Positions 54,110-63,387 of a stretch of 64,000 nucleotides of DNA are shown piece after piece; the stretch's first letter is position 1; every line of letters begins with the position of its first letter. Below the pieces are notes generated by a model, which ran no database searches, was not told where the DNA came from, and worked only from the letters and a program-made list of their open reading frames with translations. Origin of the DNA: a virus; the IMG/VR virus record IMGVR_UViG_3300024581_002882. One strand, written 5' to 3'. The translations under genes and the position numbers were made by a program.

Positions 54110-55594
54110 ATGAGTTACGCAGAAAGCATATCGTTAAAATTAGTGAATAACACTTCTGTTGACCAACCTGTTGGTTTGCTCGGTGGCACATCCTCTACAT
54201 ACGCAAACGCCAATAATACGGTTTTAGTAGAATGGGATTTAGCAACAGAGGACTTTACGGGAACAACCGTTACCTTAGAAACAACTGTACCCGTTACTGT
54301 TGATTTAGCAACACAAAGTGTTAAGGGTGTAGTAGATGCTTTAAACACCACAAACAAGGCTACTTTTACTTATTCAGGAACAATTATTTATGCAACAGCA
54401 CTTTTAGACAATAGCGTTGAAAGTGCCGATATAGTGGTTGGAACAATTACTTCTGTACCTGTTTCTTTAGGTTATTTAGCGGATGGGGTTGGTATTTCAA
54501 GTTTAAGCCCTGCTGAAATGTGGAGAATTTGGCAAAGTTCTACTACAAGAGGTGGTTTAACAGAATACATAAGTTCATCAGATTCAGTAGAGGTTGGCAC
54601 ACAATTTTATCAAAATGAGGAATTAACAAACCCATCAAATCGTATTGATTACTTTTTTCAGGGTATTTCTGCTTCGCCAACAAATATTTTAAAATTTAGT
54701 GGAAGTGGTGGTATTCTTACAGACATTATACCTACAGCAGACTTGCCAACAGATTTTAGCCCAACAGTTTCAGGGTTTACAAACTTTTCGAGTACAAATA
54801 TTTTTTCAGGAAATAATGGTCTTGGTCAGAATTTAATAGCATATAATATTTCTGCAAATGGTAAATATTTATTTGGGATTGATAGTATAAATGCAGTAAT
54901 TTATAGGTTTTCTTTTACAACAGCATGGGATTTTTCTACTTTAAATACAACTTCAGACCAAAATTTTGATATTTTAGCAAGTGTTCCATCAGCAGGAGTA
55001 CAGGCAGGATTTACATTAGACCCCACAGGGCAAAAGTTTTATTTTAATGATAATGGAAATGGCGGATATAGAACCATTTTCCTGTCAACAGCTTGGGATT
55101 TGACAACAGGTACTGTTGGTGCGTTTAGTTCAAATGCCACAAATACTTTCAATAGATTTACTTGGAACGCTAATGGAGATTATATAGTTGGGCTTTTAAC
55201 CGATATTAACATAAGTAATTACAGTACCGCATTTGGAAGATTTAATTTAGCACAATACCAATCAGAACAATTTGAACCAAATATTGCCACATATATCAAC
55301 CCTGTTGGAGTAACAAGCCCTAATTTAAATCAGCTAATCACATCAACTGATGGTTCTAAGTGGTATGTTTTATATAGCGGAGTACAAGGTAGTGATGATG
55401 TTTATCAAATCGTAGAAGTAGATATAAGCGACTATTCAGATATAACAACTATTTCTCAAAATACTGAAAGCACACAATTTAGTAATACTGCTTTTACATC
55501 ACCTGTAGGTTTGTGGTGGAATCAGGATAATACTAAACTTTATGTAATAGAAGGGCAGTCTAACGGTGATATTTATATAGATGAAATAGGATAA
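54110..55594 (+). CDS. spike/receptor-binding protein 1 (conserved N-domain plus beta-propeller)
   Basis: blades ISANGKYLF, LDPTGQKFY, WNANGDYIV, STDGSKWY, WNQDNTKLY; AWD.(S/T)T repeats. Confidence 0.7.
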   Translation: MSYAESISLKLVNNTSVDQPVGLLGGTSSTYANANNTVLVEWDLATEDFTGTTVTLETTVPVTVDLATQSVKGVVDALNTTNKATFTYSGTIIYATALLDNSVESADIVVGTITSVPVSLGYLADGVGISSLSPAEMWRIWQSSTTRGGLTEYISSSDSVEVGTQFYQNEELTNPSNRIDYFFQGISASPTNILKFSGSGGILTDIIPTADLPTDFSPTVSGFTNFSSTNIFSGNNGLGQNLIAYNISANGKYLFGIDSINAVIYRFSFTTAWDFSTLNTTSDQNFDILASVPSAGVQAGFTLDPTGQKFYFNDNGNGGYRTIFLSTAWDLTTGTVGAFSSNATNTFNRFTWNANGDYIVGLLTDINISNYSTAFGRFNLAQYQSEQFEPNIATYINPVGVTSPNLNQLITSTDGSKWYVLYSGVQGSDDVYQIVEVDISDYSDITTISQNTESTQFSNTAFTSPVGLWWNQDNTKLYVIEGQSNGDIYIDEIG

Positions 55595-55595
55595 A

Positions 55596-56711
55596 ATGAG
55601 TTACGCAGAAAGCATATCGTTAAAATTAGTGAATAACACTTCTGTTGACCAACCTATTGGTTTGCTTGGGGGTACATCTTCTACATACGCAAACGCCAAT
55701 AATACGGTTTTAGTACAATGGGATTTAGCAACAGAAACGTTTGCGGGTAATCAGGTTACGCTAAATACCACAACACCTATAACAAGGGATTTGTTGGGGC
55801 AAAACATATCAGGTCTTGTTAAAACCCTAAACACCATGAATGTGGCTACTTTTACGTTTGAGGGTACAACGGTCTATGCAAGTGCCTTGTTAGACAATAG
55901 TGTTGAAACAGCCGATATGATTATTGATTTGGCAGATGGTACTTGGAATATTTCAGGGTATTCTTTATCTCAAACAGACCCTTATGCTTCAGGTCAAATT
56001 CAAGATTGGTTTATTTCTCATGATGGAAATTGGCTATTTATATCAAATGTTTCTGTAAATCAACTTCAAAAGTTCCCAATAACAACCGCTTGGGATATGA
56101 GTACGCTTAGTGGGTTTGCTTCACAAGTTAATACGGGTATTCTCTCAAGATTTACATTTGCAGATGAGGGTAACTATTTGTATCAACAAATAGGTGCTAC
56201 ATTGCAACGATTCCCTTTAGTTGCACCTTATGATATTAGCACTACCATACAAGACCAAAGTGGCTCTGTTACAAGTGGTACAATGGAATTTAGCCCTGAT
56301 GGAACTAAAGTGTTTTCAACAGGCGGAACTGCGGTTCTTCAGTATAGCTTATCAGCACCATTTGATGTTACAGCTTCATCATTTATAAATACAACTGATG
56401 TTTTAACAATGGGAATAACGCTACCTGCAAACGCCTTTTTAAGAAGCTTAACATTTAGCCCTGATGGAACTAAATTGATGATTTTTGCATCAAAAACCTC
56501 ATCAGCTTTTGTTTCATTTACATATCAATGTACTTGCTCAACACCATTTGACCCATCAACAGCAACGTATGATGGTGTATCAGTTGATACAACAGGTACT
56601 TCTCCAAATTATGGCGGACATTTTAAAGCCGATGGAAGTTTATTTGTAAACATCTATCTTCAGGGAAGTATTGGAAGTTCAATTATTAAAGAATTTAGAA
56701 CATTCAGCTAA
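55596..56711 (+). CDS. spike/receptor-binding protein 2 (same N-domain plus a different beta-propeller)
   Basis: first 60 nt identical to 54110; blades ISHDGNWLF, FSPDGTKVF, FSPDGTKLM. Confidence 0.7.
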   Translation: MSYAESISLKLVNNTSVDQPIGLLGGTSSTYANANNTVLVQWDLATETFAGNQVTLNTTTPITRDLLGQNISGLVKTLNTMNVATFTFEGTTVYASALLDNSVETADMIIDLADGTWNISGYSLSQTDPYASGQIQDWFISHDGNWLFISNVSVNQLQKFPITTAWDMSTLSGFASQVNTGILSRFTFADEGNYLYQQIGATLQRFPLVAPYDISTTIQDQSGSVTSGTMEFSPDGTKVFSTGGTAVLQYSLSAPFDVTASSFINTTDVLTMGITLPANAFLRSLTFSPDGTKLMIFASKTSSAFVSFTYQCTCSTPFDPSTATYDGVSVDTTGTSPNYGGHFKADGSLFVNIYLQGSIGSSIIKEFRTFS

Positions 56712-57508
56712 ATTTCATCATCAATATCCAATGATTTTGTCAGATTTGTATAAAGGGGGTTTTTCCCAACCATTTTTCCTCGTATCAAATTTACATTGTC
56801 CGATTCGTCAACTACTATATAGTCTCCGCCCTCAACATGGTCGTCAAGAGAAATAGCTTTTTGTAGCTTTAAATCTTCTTTAGGAAGCGTTTTAGATAGC
56901 TGTTTAAGTACAATTTTTTTTATCATCCAATGCTGTGGGTCTTTGCTGTCATTAAAGTAAAGATGATTTGGTGTTTTTTGCATCTTAATTATTTCAGAAA
57001 TCTCACTTCTACTTAAAACCTTAAAAACAGTTTCGCCACCCTCTAATTTAACACAGGCGTACACATATTTAATAAACTCTGATTTTTTTACAGCTTTGTC
57101 GCTTGGTATATGTGTGAGTTTTGGATTTAACCCTAACTCATATTCAAAATCATCGCCATCGTAAACTACCTCTGTCCAAATATTTTTAATCTTATTGCTT
57201 CTATAAAGGAGTGTGATAAGCCCTTTGTAGCCTATAATTGGAGTGATTATGTTTTTAAAAGGTATAAAATAAAACTCCCCAACGAGTTCGCTTGGATTTA
57301 GCCCCAACTCGGCACAATGCAGAATAGAAGCAAATAAAGAGGCAGGGTTTTTTTGAAAAGCACTCTGAAGCTGTGGACTACGCTTTAGTTCGGTAATCAT
57401 AATTTGCTTAAATTTTGCAGGACTTATAGAACCATCAAGCAATTCAGTGAAATTTTGTTTTTCGTATTTTTCTATTGTATTTTGGAAGTTTGTAATTAGT
57501 TCTTTCAT
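56708..57508 (-). CDS. recT: RecT-family ssDNA annealing protein
   Basis: PASLFASILHCAELGLNP...YFIPF....IIGYKGLITL.YRS...EVVYDGDDFEYELG...M.KK.VLKQL.KTLP. Confidence 0.92.
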   Translation of the reverse strand: MKELITNFQNTIEKYEKQNFTELLDGSISPAKFKQIMITELKRSPQLQSAFQKNPASLFASILHCAELGLNPSELVGEFYFIPFKNIITPIIGYKGLITLLYRSNKIKNIWTEVVYDGDDFEYELGLNPKLTHIPSDKAVKKSEFIKYVYACVKLEGGETVFKVLSRSEISEIIKMQKTPNHLYFNDSKDPQHWMIKKIVLKQLSKTLPKEDLKLQKAISLDDHVEGGDYIVVDESDNVNLIRGKMVGKNPLYTNLTKSLDIDDEI

Positions 57509-57527
57509 TTTAATTTGATTTACACAG

Positions 57528-57752
57528 TTAATTTATTTTTTTTACATCAAGACGAAGCCAATCGGAAATTATTTTTGTTTTAATCTTTATTTCTTTATCT
57601 ATTGCACGAATTTCACACAATATTTTTCTACCATCTTTTTTTGACAGCTTTTCAGAAAACATAAAGTCCTCTAAACTTTTCTTATATCTTTCAAGTGCTA
57701 AAACACACAATTCATGCTTGTGCATTTTTGCACTTACTTTCTCTAAGCACAT
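57528..57752 (-). CDS. hypothetical protein
   Basis: 74-aa ORF in operon. Confidence 0.5.
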   Translation of the reverse strand: MCLEKVSAKMHKHELCVLALERYKKSLEDFMFSEKLSKKDGRKILCEIRAIDKEIKIKTKIISDWLRLDVKKIN

Positions 57753-58546
57753 TAATAGTAAACTTTTTCAATTAAAGGATATTTTGTAGCATACTCACAA
57801 GATTCATTTAACGGACAATTAGAGCAGTTTTTAAGACTTGGCTTGGCTTTAAATATTTTTTCTAATGGTACAGAGTTTATTTGATTATAAACAAACTCTA
57901 CGTTGTTCCTGTGAAGTTCTATGGTGTCTTTATCTATTTCTTGCTTTATTATTTTAGCATTTTTTGGGTCTGATTGAGAAAACACAAAGTAATAGAAATC
58001 AAAATCCTCATATTCGTGTTTTAAGCAGTCTTTAGCGAGGATGGTATATTGAACCCCCTGTATCATGAGTTTATGCTTTTCAGGTAGTGAATTTGTCTCC
58101 CAACCACGTTCATCCCACTTGTTTTCTATAAGACCGCTATACTTTAAATCTATAAAACAGTATCTACCATTCCACTTAGCATAAATATCGGCTATACCAT
58201 TCATGGTTTCATTTTTTAGCTTAACACCAACATCTATAATTTCTATACCGTAAGCATCTATTATTTCTTTGAAGTATTCAGCACTTTCGTCTGCCCTTTT
58301 ATATGGTGCAGATAGCGTTTCTCTTGCTGTACCCTTATAACTTAGTTTCGGTTCAGGTGCTACTCCATTTCTCGGCAAACAGCCTGTGGCTACATATTCA
58401 AAATAATTTCCTAAATCCATTGCTTCGGTGCTTGGAAATTCAACACCATCAAAGAACTTTGCTTTTATTTGTAATCCACAAATATCTACAAAATCACTTT
58501 TGTAATCTGAAAAATCCTTTAAAAAGGACTGACTAATTTTATACAT
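57752..58546 (-). CDS. PD-(D/E)xK exonuclease (RecE/Cas4-like partner of RecT)
   Basis: GIADIYA...FIDLKYS, QGVQY, C-terminal CSNCPLNESC; start placed at MYKISQ. Confidence 0.8.
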   Translation of the reverse strand: MYKISQSFLKDFSDYKSDFVDICGLQIKAKFFDGVEFPSTEAMDLGNYFEYVATGCLPRNGVAPEPKLSYKGTARETLSAPYKRADESAEYFKEIIDAYGIEIIDVGVKLKNETMNGIADIYAKWNGRYCFIDLKYSGLIENKWDERGWETNSLPEKHKLMIQGVQYTILAKDCLKHEYEDFDFYYFVFSQSDPKNAKIIKQEIDKDTIELHRNNVEFVYNQINSVPLEKIFKAKPSLKNCSNCPLNESCEYATKYPLIEKVYY

Positions 58547-58832
58547 CGTTTCTTGTTTTAAATTCTGATTCTTCCATCCAACCATCTGTGCTATAATCCT
58601 CTCCTACCCAAATGTATTGTTTACCTAATCTTTTTCTTTTAGAAACACCACGAATAGGCATTTCAATCCTCACATCTTCAAGCTGTGTAAAGTCTATTGC
58701 GTTTGTTTTCTCATTAAGTTGATTTAACATTCTATCAGCTTCTTCTTTGCTGTATGCTTCCATTATTACAGGCTTTTTCTTACCAATGAAATAAAACTTA
58801 TAAAACTTTATTTTAGGCTTATTCCATTCCAT
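58539..58832 (-). CDS. hypothetical protein
   Basis: 97-aa ORF. Confidence 0.6.
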   Translation of the reverse strand: MEWNKPKIKFYKFYFIGKKKPVIMEAYSKEEADRMLNQLNEKTNAIDFTQLEDVRIEMPIRGVSKRKRLGKQYIWVGEDYSTDGWMEESEFKTRNDV

Positions 58833-59052
58833 TTGTGTTAACTAAGGTGTTTTCATAGGTTTTATTTAAACGTTTATGTAGTATATAGGTTAATATACCC
58901 GTTTCTTTGAACTTGTCTTTTTCCGAATCCTTAATGTGAAAATTGTAAAAATTATCAATTAAACGAACTAAAGCCCCTTTATGATGCAAACAATTACGAT
59001 TTGATTGAATTATTGCAGATATTTTTTCAAAATGTTGTACAAGTTCTTCCAT
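58819..59052 (-). CDS. hypothetical protein
   Basis: 77-aa ORF. Confidence 0.55.
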   Translation of the reverse strand: MEELVQHFEKISAIIQSNRNCLHHKGALVRLIDNFYNFHIKDSEKDKFKETGILTYILHKRLNKTYENTLVNTNGME

Positions 59053-59113
59053 TTCATCTTAATTTTGATTTAACCCTGTATTGTGTCTAATTAGGGTAAT
59101 TAGTTTCTTGGAT

Positions 59114-59144
59114 AAGGGGGGTGCAATCGCACCTCTCTTTTTTT
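59114..59144 (+). terminator. GC hairpin with T tract on the + strand (antisense to local genes)
   Basis: AAGGGGGGTGC-AATC-GCACCTCTCTT-TTTTT. Confidence 0.5.
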
Positions 59145-59541
59145 AAACATATAGTTCATAATTTTTTTCATAGTACTTTTTTATACCGTATGTAAGAAGT
59201 AGCCTTTTAATAAGCACATAAAGAAAATCTTTATCTTCTGATTTTAGGTTTTTAAAAACTTCTTTTACACCAACATCTTCGCTTTGCTTAATTCCCTTAT
59301 AAAAAATATCCATAAGTTCAAAAGCTACGTTTTGGTCTTTTTCATGTAAATTTTCTGTAAGGTATTCAGACATAATAACGTCTTTAAAAAAATACATGAA
59401 ATTAGCATCACGCAAAAGTTCATCAACAATTGTAGTTTTGTCAAAGTCTTTTTCGTCAGTAGCTACATGAAGTAGTGAGTAGTGTGCCTTATCATCAATT
59501 TCTTTAAAAAACATCTCCCAATCCGAATTTGTAAGCATCAT
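59143..59541 (-). CDS. hypothetical protein
   Basis: 132-aa ORF. Confidence 0.6.
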   Translation of the reverse strand: MMLTNSDWEMFFKEIDDKAHYSLLHVATDEKDFDKTTIVDELLRDANFMYFFKDVIMSEYLTENLHEKDQNVAFELMDIFYKGIKQSEDVGVKEVFKNLKSEDKDFLYVLIKRLLLTYGIKKYYEKNYELYV

Positions 59542-59837
59542 AAATCTTTAAAGGCAAATGGCTTACCTAAAGAATTTTGTCTGCAATAGTTTAAAAGTGC
59601 GTTATACGTTTTTAAGGCATCTAATCTATTTTTAGCGACAACTTTTCCGTAGAAAAACCAATGGTATTTGCCATAGTTATCCAATAACCCAAATTTATAA
59701 TTTGTTTTTGAATTAAGGAAGAAATTATCGTCAATAATATTTAAAATTGCCATAGGATAGCCCCTCTCAATAAATTCTGAATACTCAAATTTATAAGACA
59801 GTTCTTCTTCTGAAAAAGGAGTGAGTTTAAATTCCAT
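59538..59837 (-). CDS. hypothetical protein
   Basis: start reassigned to MEFKL at 59837, downstream of the -7 box. Confidence 0.6.
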   Translation of the reverse strand: MEFKLTPFSEEELSYKFEYSEFIERGYPMAILNIIDDNFFLNSKTNYKFGLLDNYGKYHWFFYGKVVAKNRLDALKTYNALLNYCRQNSLGKPFAFKDL

Positions 59838-59864
59838 TCCAATTTTATTTTTTGTTACACAGGG

Positions 59865-59932
59865 CAAATATATAAAAATTATTTTCAGAAACAAAAATTA
59901 TTTTCTAAAATAAATTTTATTTTTTAAAATAA
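59865..59932 (-). promoter_or_regulatory. -7 box (59865-59872) with three TTATTTT-N2-AAAATAA-type sites (59879 imperfect, 59898, 59917)
   Basis: reverse complement TATATTTG; 19-bp spacing of the palindromes; drives the recT/exonuclease operon. Confidence 0.65.
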
Positions 59933-59937
59933 AATGG

Positions 59938-60663
59938 TTAAAATTCTAACTGTTTGAATAGCATATCTTTAGACTTAAAATATGCTTGTACTTTAGATGT
60001 ATTTTCAGGGGTGTTTCTATAGTATATGCAATCAGTTTTCCAACAATCAAAATCATCTCCGAGTAAAACAGAACACTCATACATCATTTGATAACAAAAA
60101 TATCTAATGTATTTATAAATCATTCTTTTATTCTCATCGCCCTCGTCAATACAAACCCTCTCACCCATGTACCCTTCATCATATCTTGTAAAGTGTTTTT
60201 TTCTACCTAAAACAGATAAAGTGGCTAATCGAAGTGCTTTTGATGGGCTTTTAAGCCCTTTCTCGTATGTATCTTGACTGATTATACCTTTTATCATAGC
60301 TATTCTCCAATAAGCATGGTCAAGGTCAGTTCCTGTTATTTCGCCTTTGTTATGGTCATAATCAAGGTTGTACTTAGTTACATCATGTTTTGGTGGTAGT
60401 GCTACATGGGTTCTTCCACTTAGCCATTTAGTTACATCTCTATCTACGTTCTTAAACATAAATAAGTAATTACGAGGAAAGTTTTTAGAGTGAGGAAAAT
60501 AAAACATCGTGTTTTCAAAAAGAACCTGTGTTGATTCTGTTGTTCTTTTTAAAAAGAATTTTTTCTTTGCATTTTTTAACCTTGATATTAACCTATCAGG
60601 GTTTGAGAATAACATTTTCTGTACATCAACCTGATAATTTTCCACCCTTTTCAAATTTAGCAA
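59938..60663 (-). CDS. miniature family-B DNA polymerase-like protein (palm only)
   Basis: ITGTDLDHAYW (motif A-like), KALRLATLSVLG (motif B-like), CWKTDCIYY (motif C-like); 241 aa, no exonuclease. Confidence 0.5.
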   Translation of the reverse strand: MLNLKRVENYQVDVQKMLFSNPDRLISRLKNAKKKFFLKRTTESTQVLFENTMFYFPHSKNFPRNYLFMFKNVDRDVTKWLSGRTHVALPPKHDVTKYNLDYDHNKGEITGTDLDHAYWRIAMIKGIISQDTYEKGLKSPSKALRLATLSVLGRKKHFTRYDEGYMGERVCIDEGDENKRMIYKYIRYFCYQMMYECSVLLGDDFDCWKTDCIYYRNTPENTSKVQAYFKSKDMLFKQLEF

Positions 60664-61513
60664 TTAGTTTCTCTCTTTCTTTCTTGTATTCTTCTTTTGT
60701 AAATATACCATCCTTATAGTCCTCTTTCAAAAGTTCTAAGGCTCTTACAATGTCAGGTCTTGGTTCTTTAGTTGCTTTAGGCTTCTTTTCTTTTTTTGTT
60801 GCGGTTGGTCTTTTTTGGGTTTTTGCCTTTTTCATTTTCTCTCTTTTTGAAACCCGTTTTTTACGTTCTTTTTCTTTTTGTCTTTGAACCCTTTCTGTGT
60901 CTTTCTCTGTTGGAACTACTTTTGTGGTAGCTTCTTCTTCTACTACAACCATTGTACCATCAGGAAGTGTTAATACGAAATCTATAAAATAAGAACAATT
61001 TGAGCCATCGTCTTTTTTATTTGGAACAACCTTTATTATACCCTGAAAATAAAAACCACTTTTATTGTCTGCGTACTCTCTAATTTTTTCCACAATAGGC
61101 ATTATATCCACTTCAGGGCTTATACTTATTCTTTGGTCTATTCTTGTACTACCAAATTGGTCTGAACCGTTTACTCGTATTTGAACGTTAGGTGGCAAAC
61201 CCTCAACTGTGTTTGCTATTTCCCACCAATCTGAAAATATAAAATCAGCCTCATTAACAGCAAATGGGCTAAAGCATGGGGATTTCTTTTGTGGCTTTTG
61301 CCCTTGTGTTACAGATTTAATTTCTGCAACTATATCCTTAACTAAAACTTTATTAACAGATTGACCCTTGAATTTTGGGTACACATTAGCCGAAGTCCAT
61401 TTTTGGATTTCATTCCATTTTTCGGGTCTCCCTTGTTTCTCAAATTCCTTCTTTACCTGCTTTGCACATTTATTAAATAAACGCAAACCATTATTTTTTG
61501 GAAGTCTCGGCAT
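60626..61513 (-). CDS. hypothetical protein with basic coiled tail ending in an FEKGG motif
   Basis: 295 aa; C-terminus AKFEKGGKLSG. Confidence 0.65.
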   Translation of the reverse strand: MPRLPKNNGLRLFNKCAKQVKKEFEKQGRPEKWNEIQKWTSANVYPKFKGQSVNKVLVKDIVAEIKSVTQGQKPQKKSPCFSPFAVNEADFIFSDWWEIANTVEGLPPNVQIRVNGSDQFGSTRIDQRISISPEVDIMPIVEKIREYADNKSGFYFQGIIKVVPNKKDDGSNCSYFIDFVLTLPDGTMVVVEEEATTKVVPTEKDTERVQRQKEKERKKRVSKREKMKKAKTQKRPTATKKEKKPKATKEPRPDIVRALELLKEDYKDGIFTKEEYKKEREKLIAKFEKGGKLSG

Positions 61514-61627
61514 TTTTACCTTTTGTAGTTAGGAATTAATAAAAGATTTTTGTTACTTTGTCTATCCAACGTATCATTCATTCCATTCATCATCGTTGGT
61601 TTTTGATTACACACTTAAAGCCATCTG

Positions 61628-61912
61628 TTATTCAATAGGTGGCTTTTTATATTTCTTAATAGTTGATTTTGAAACTCCAAAATGCTTCACCGCATCTGCA
61701 ACAGAATTGTGTTTGCAAAATTCATAAATTTTTTCGGCTGTATCGCTATCTATACGCACATTTTTTAGCCCAATATCAGTTAAATCATACTTTTTACAAT
61801 GATAGTTTATGGTACTTTTAGCACACTCTAATTCTTTTGCTATTTCATTGTAAGTTTTACCTTGTTCTCTTAAAGATAATATTTGACTTTTTATTTGTCG
61901 TGGTCTTGCCAT
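61628..61912 (-). CDS. double HTH DNA-binding protein
   Basis: GKTYNEIAKELECAKSTINYHC and VADAVKHFGVSKSTI. Confidence 0.8.
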   Translation of the reverse strand: MARPRQIKSQILSLREQGKTYNEIAKELECAKSTINYHCKKYDLTDIGLKNVRIDSDTAEKIYEFCKHNSVADAVKHFGVSKSTIKKYKKPPIE

Positions 61913-62038
61913 TTGTAAAAATTTAAGCGTTCATAAAAGTGAGGACTAAAGTACGACTTTTATAGAATTGAGCAAAAAAAAATAGAATTAATTTTCTATT
62001 TTATTTAATTTTAAAAGTGCATCTTAAAGCACTCTGAA

Positions 62039-62710
62039 TTAATAGTCTTGAACCAAAGTAGCGTATTGACTTTGAATACTGTTGTCAACATTAGCATCTC
62101 CCCATTCCGCAGTAACTGAAAGAGTTTGTGAAACAGTAGTGTCAAAATTCGTGTTTTCTAAAGTTCTAAACTCAAATCCCTCTATACTTCCTGAAGAAGA
62201 TTTTGCATAAAGCATAGTTCCATAAGTCAAAATAGATGCAGTACCCTGACCGCCTATTTGTCTTATAGTGAAGTTTAAATCTAAAAAAAATGTTTCGTCT
62301 GATAAATTTGGCATATCCTGTACCCCACTATCTGCTAAAGCCACAGGAGAACCGCCATTTATAGCTTCAACTCTAATTCTTATTGTTTCACTACCACTAT
62401 TATTTGAAACAATACCACCCATTTTAAAGTTATATGAATTACCCACCTGAAAACTATTGGCAGGTACACTTAAAGAACCCTCTCCCGTTCCAATAAGGCT
62501 TGTTTCATCTGTTGTATTTGTAATATCTGTTCCATCGGCTGTTTGAGAAAAAAGCCTTCTATTAAAAGCTGAAATACTATCTGTTAATGGAGAAATAATA
62601 CCATTAATATCTTTTAAATATAGTATATTACTTGTGCTGTCTTTATAAATAGCTAAACTGTTGCCACTTGGAGACGTTATGTTTTGGGGATGAGATTTTG
62701 TTATAGACAT
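62039..62710 (-). CDS. beta-rich structural protein sharing an N-terminal motif with the long fibre
   Basis: LAIYKDSTSNILYLKDINGIISPL vs LKLFIDSCTNLISVKDSNGNVQTL. Confidence 0.55.
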   Translation of the reverse strand: MSITKSHPQNITSPSGNSLAIYKDSTSNILYLKDINGIISPLTDSISAFNRRLFSQTADGTDITNTTDETSLIGTGEGSLSVPANSFQVGNSYNFKMGGIVSNNSGSETIRIRVEAINGGSPVALADSGVQDMPNLSDETFFLDLNFTIRQIGGQGTASILTYGTMLYAKSSSGSIEGFEFRTLENTNFDTTVSQTLSVTAEWGDANVDNSIQSQYATLVQDY

Positions 62711-62712
62711 GA

Positions 62713-63381
62713 CTAAATATTTGTTTTAATAACCGCAAACCAATTGTATTTCTTATCTGTTAAAACCCCTCTGTTATCTGTTGAAAGTATTTTTTTCGTT
62801 ACAGCGTTGTTTACATTGCCACCAATAACCTCAATTTCATTTTTTCTTTTCTTAACAACTAAATCGCAATGAGATTTATATCTTCCTGTTGTGTCATAAT
62901 CTATACCGCCCTGTCTTGAATAGCAAACTAAATCGCCTACTTTTGGGGCTATTTCATTTACTTTATATCCTACAAACGCTTCATTAGTTTTACCTTGTTT
63001 TCTGTTAGCAATACTATCAGTTATATATTTTGAGTGTGAGGGGCTATACACAAACTTTTTACCTGCACCTGCCTTTTTCATAATATAAGAAATAAAGGCA
63101 CTTGACCATGCAACATCAGTATCTCTACCATCATAAGGTTGCCCCGTTCCTATTCTCCAATATTCACCAACTCTTTCGGCATAGCCTCTATTTGCTTCAA
63201 AGCCACCCTTTTTTGTTTGAGTTCCATTTTTTTGAATAGTGGGTTCGCCCCAACCTTGCCACTCATAATTAGCAACAGAAATTACTCTGTATTTAACTAA
63301 AAGTTTTCTTACAAGCAAAGCTAAAGCTGTTCCACCAACAGCTAAACCTATCCCATAGTAAACCCAAGCACTTTTTTTCAT
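62713..63381 (-). CDS. membrane-anchored DUF2272-like (NlpC/P60-CHAP-related) cell-wall hydrolase
   Basis: N-terminal TM; AWSSAFISYIMKKAG, HSKYI, PKVGDLVCYSR, SHCDLVV, VIGGNV. Confidence 0.75.
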   Translation of the reverse strand: MKKSAWVYYGIGLAVGGTALALLVRKLLVKYRVISVANYEWQGWGEPTIQKNGTQTKKGGFEANRGYAERVGEYWRIGTGQPYDGRDTDVAWSSAFISYIMKKAGAGKKFVYSPSHSKYITDSIANRKQGKTNEAFVGYKVNEIAPKVGDLVCYSRQGGIDYDTTGRYKSHCDLVVKKRKNEIEVIGGNVNNAVTKKILSTDNRGVLTDKKYNWFAVIKTNI

Positions 63382-63387
63382 GGGATT

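Noticed and set aside
54110-56711. Diversity-generating retroelement acting on the spikes
   Set aside because: No reverse transcriptase in the window; the duplicated segment is at the 5' end and its differences are not adenine-specific.
57752-58546. Cas4 / anti-CRISPR adaptation gene
   Set aside because: It sits beside recT, so a RecE-like recombination exonuclease is the simpler reading.
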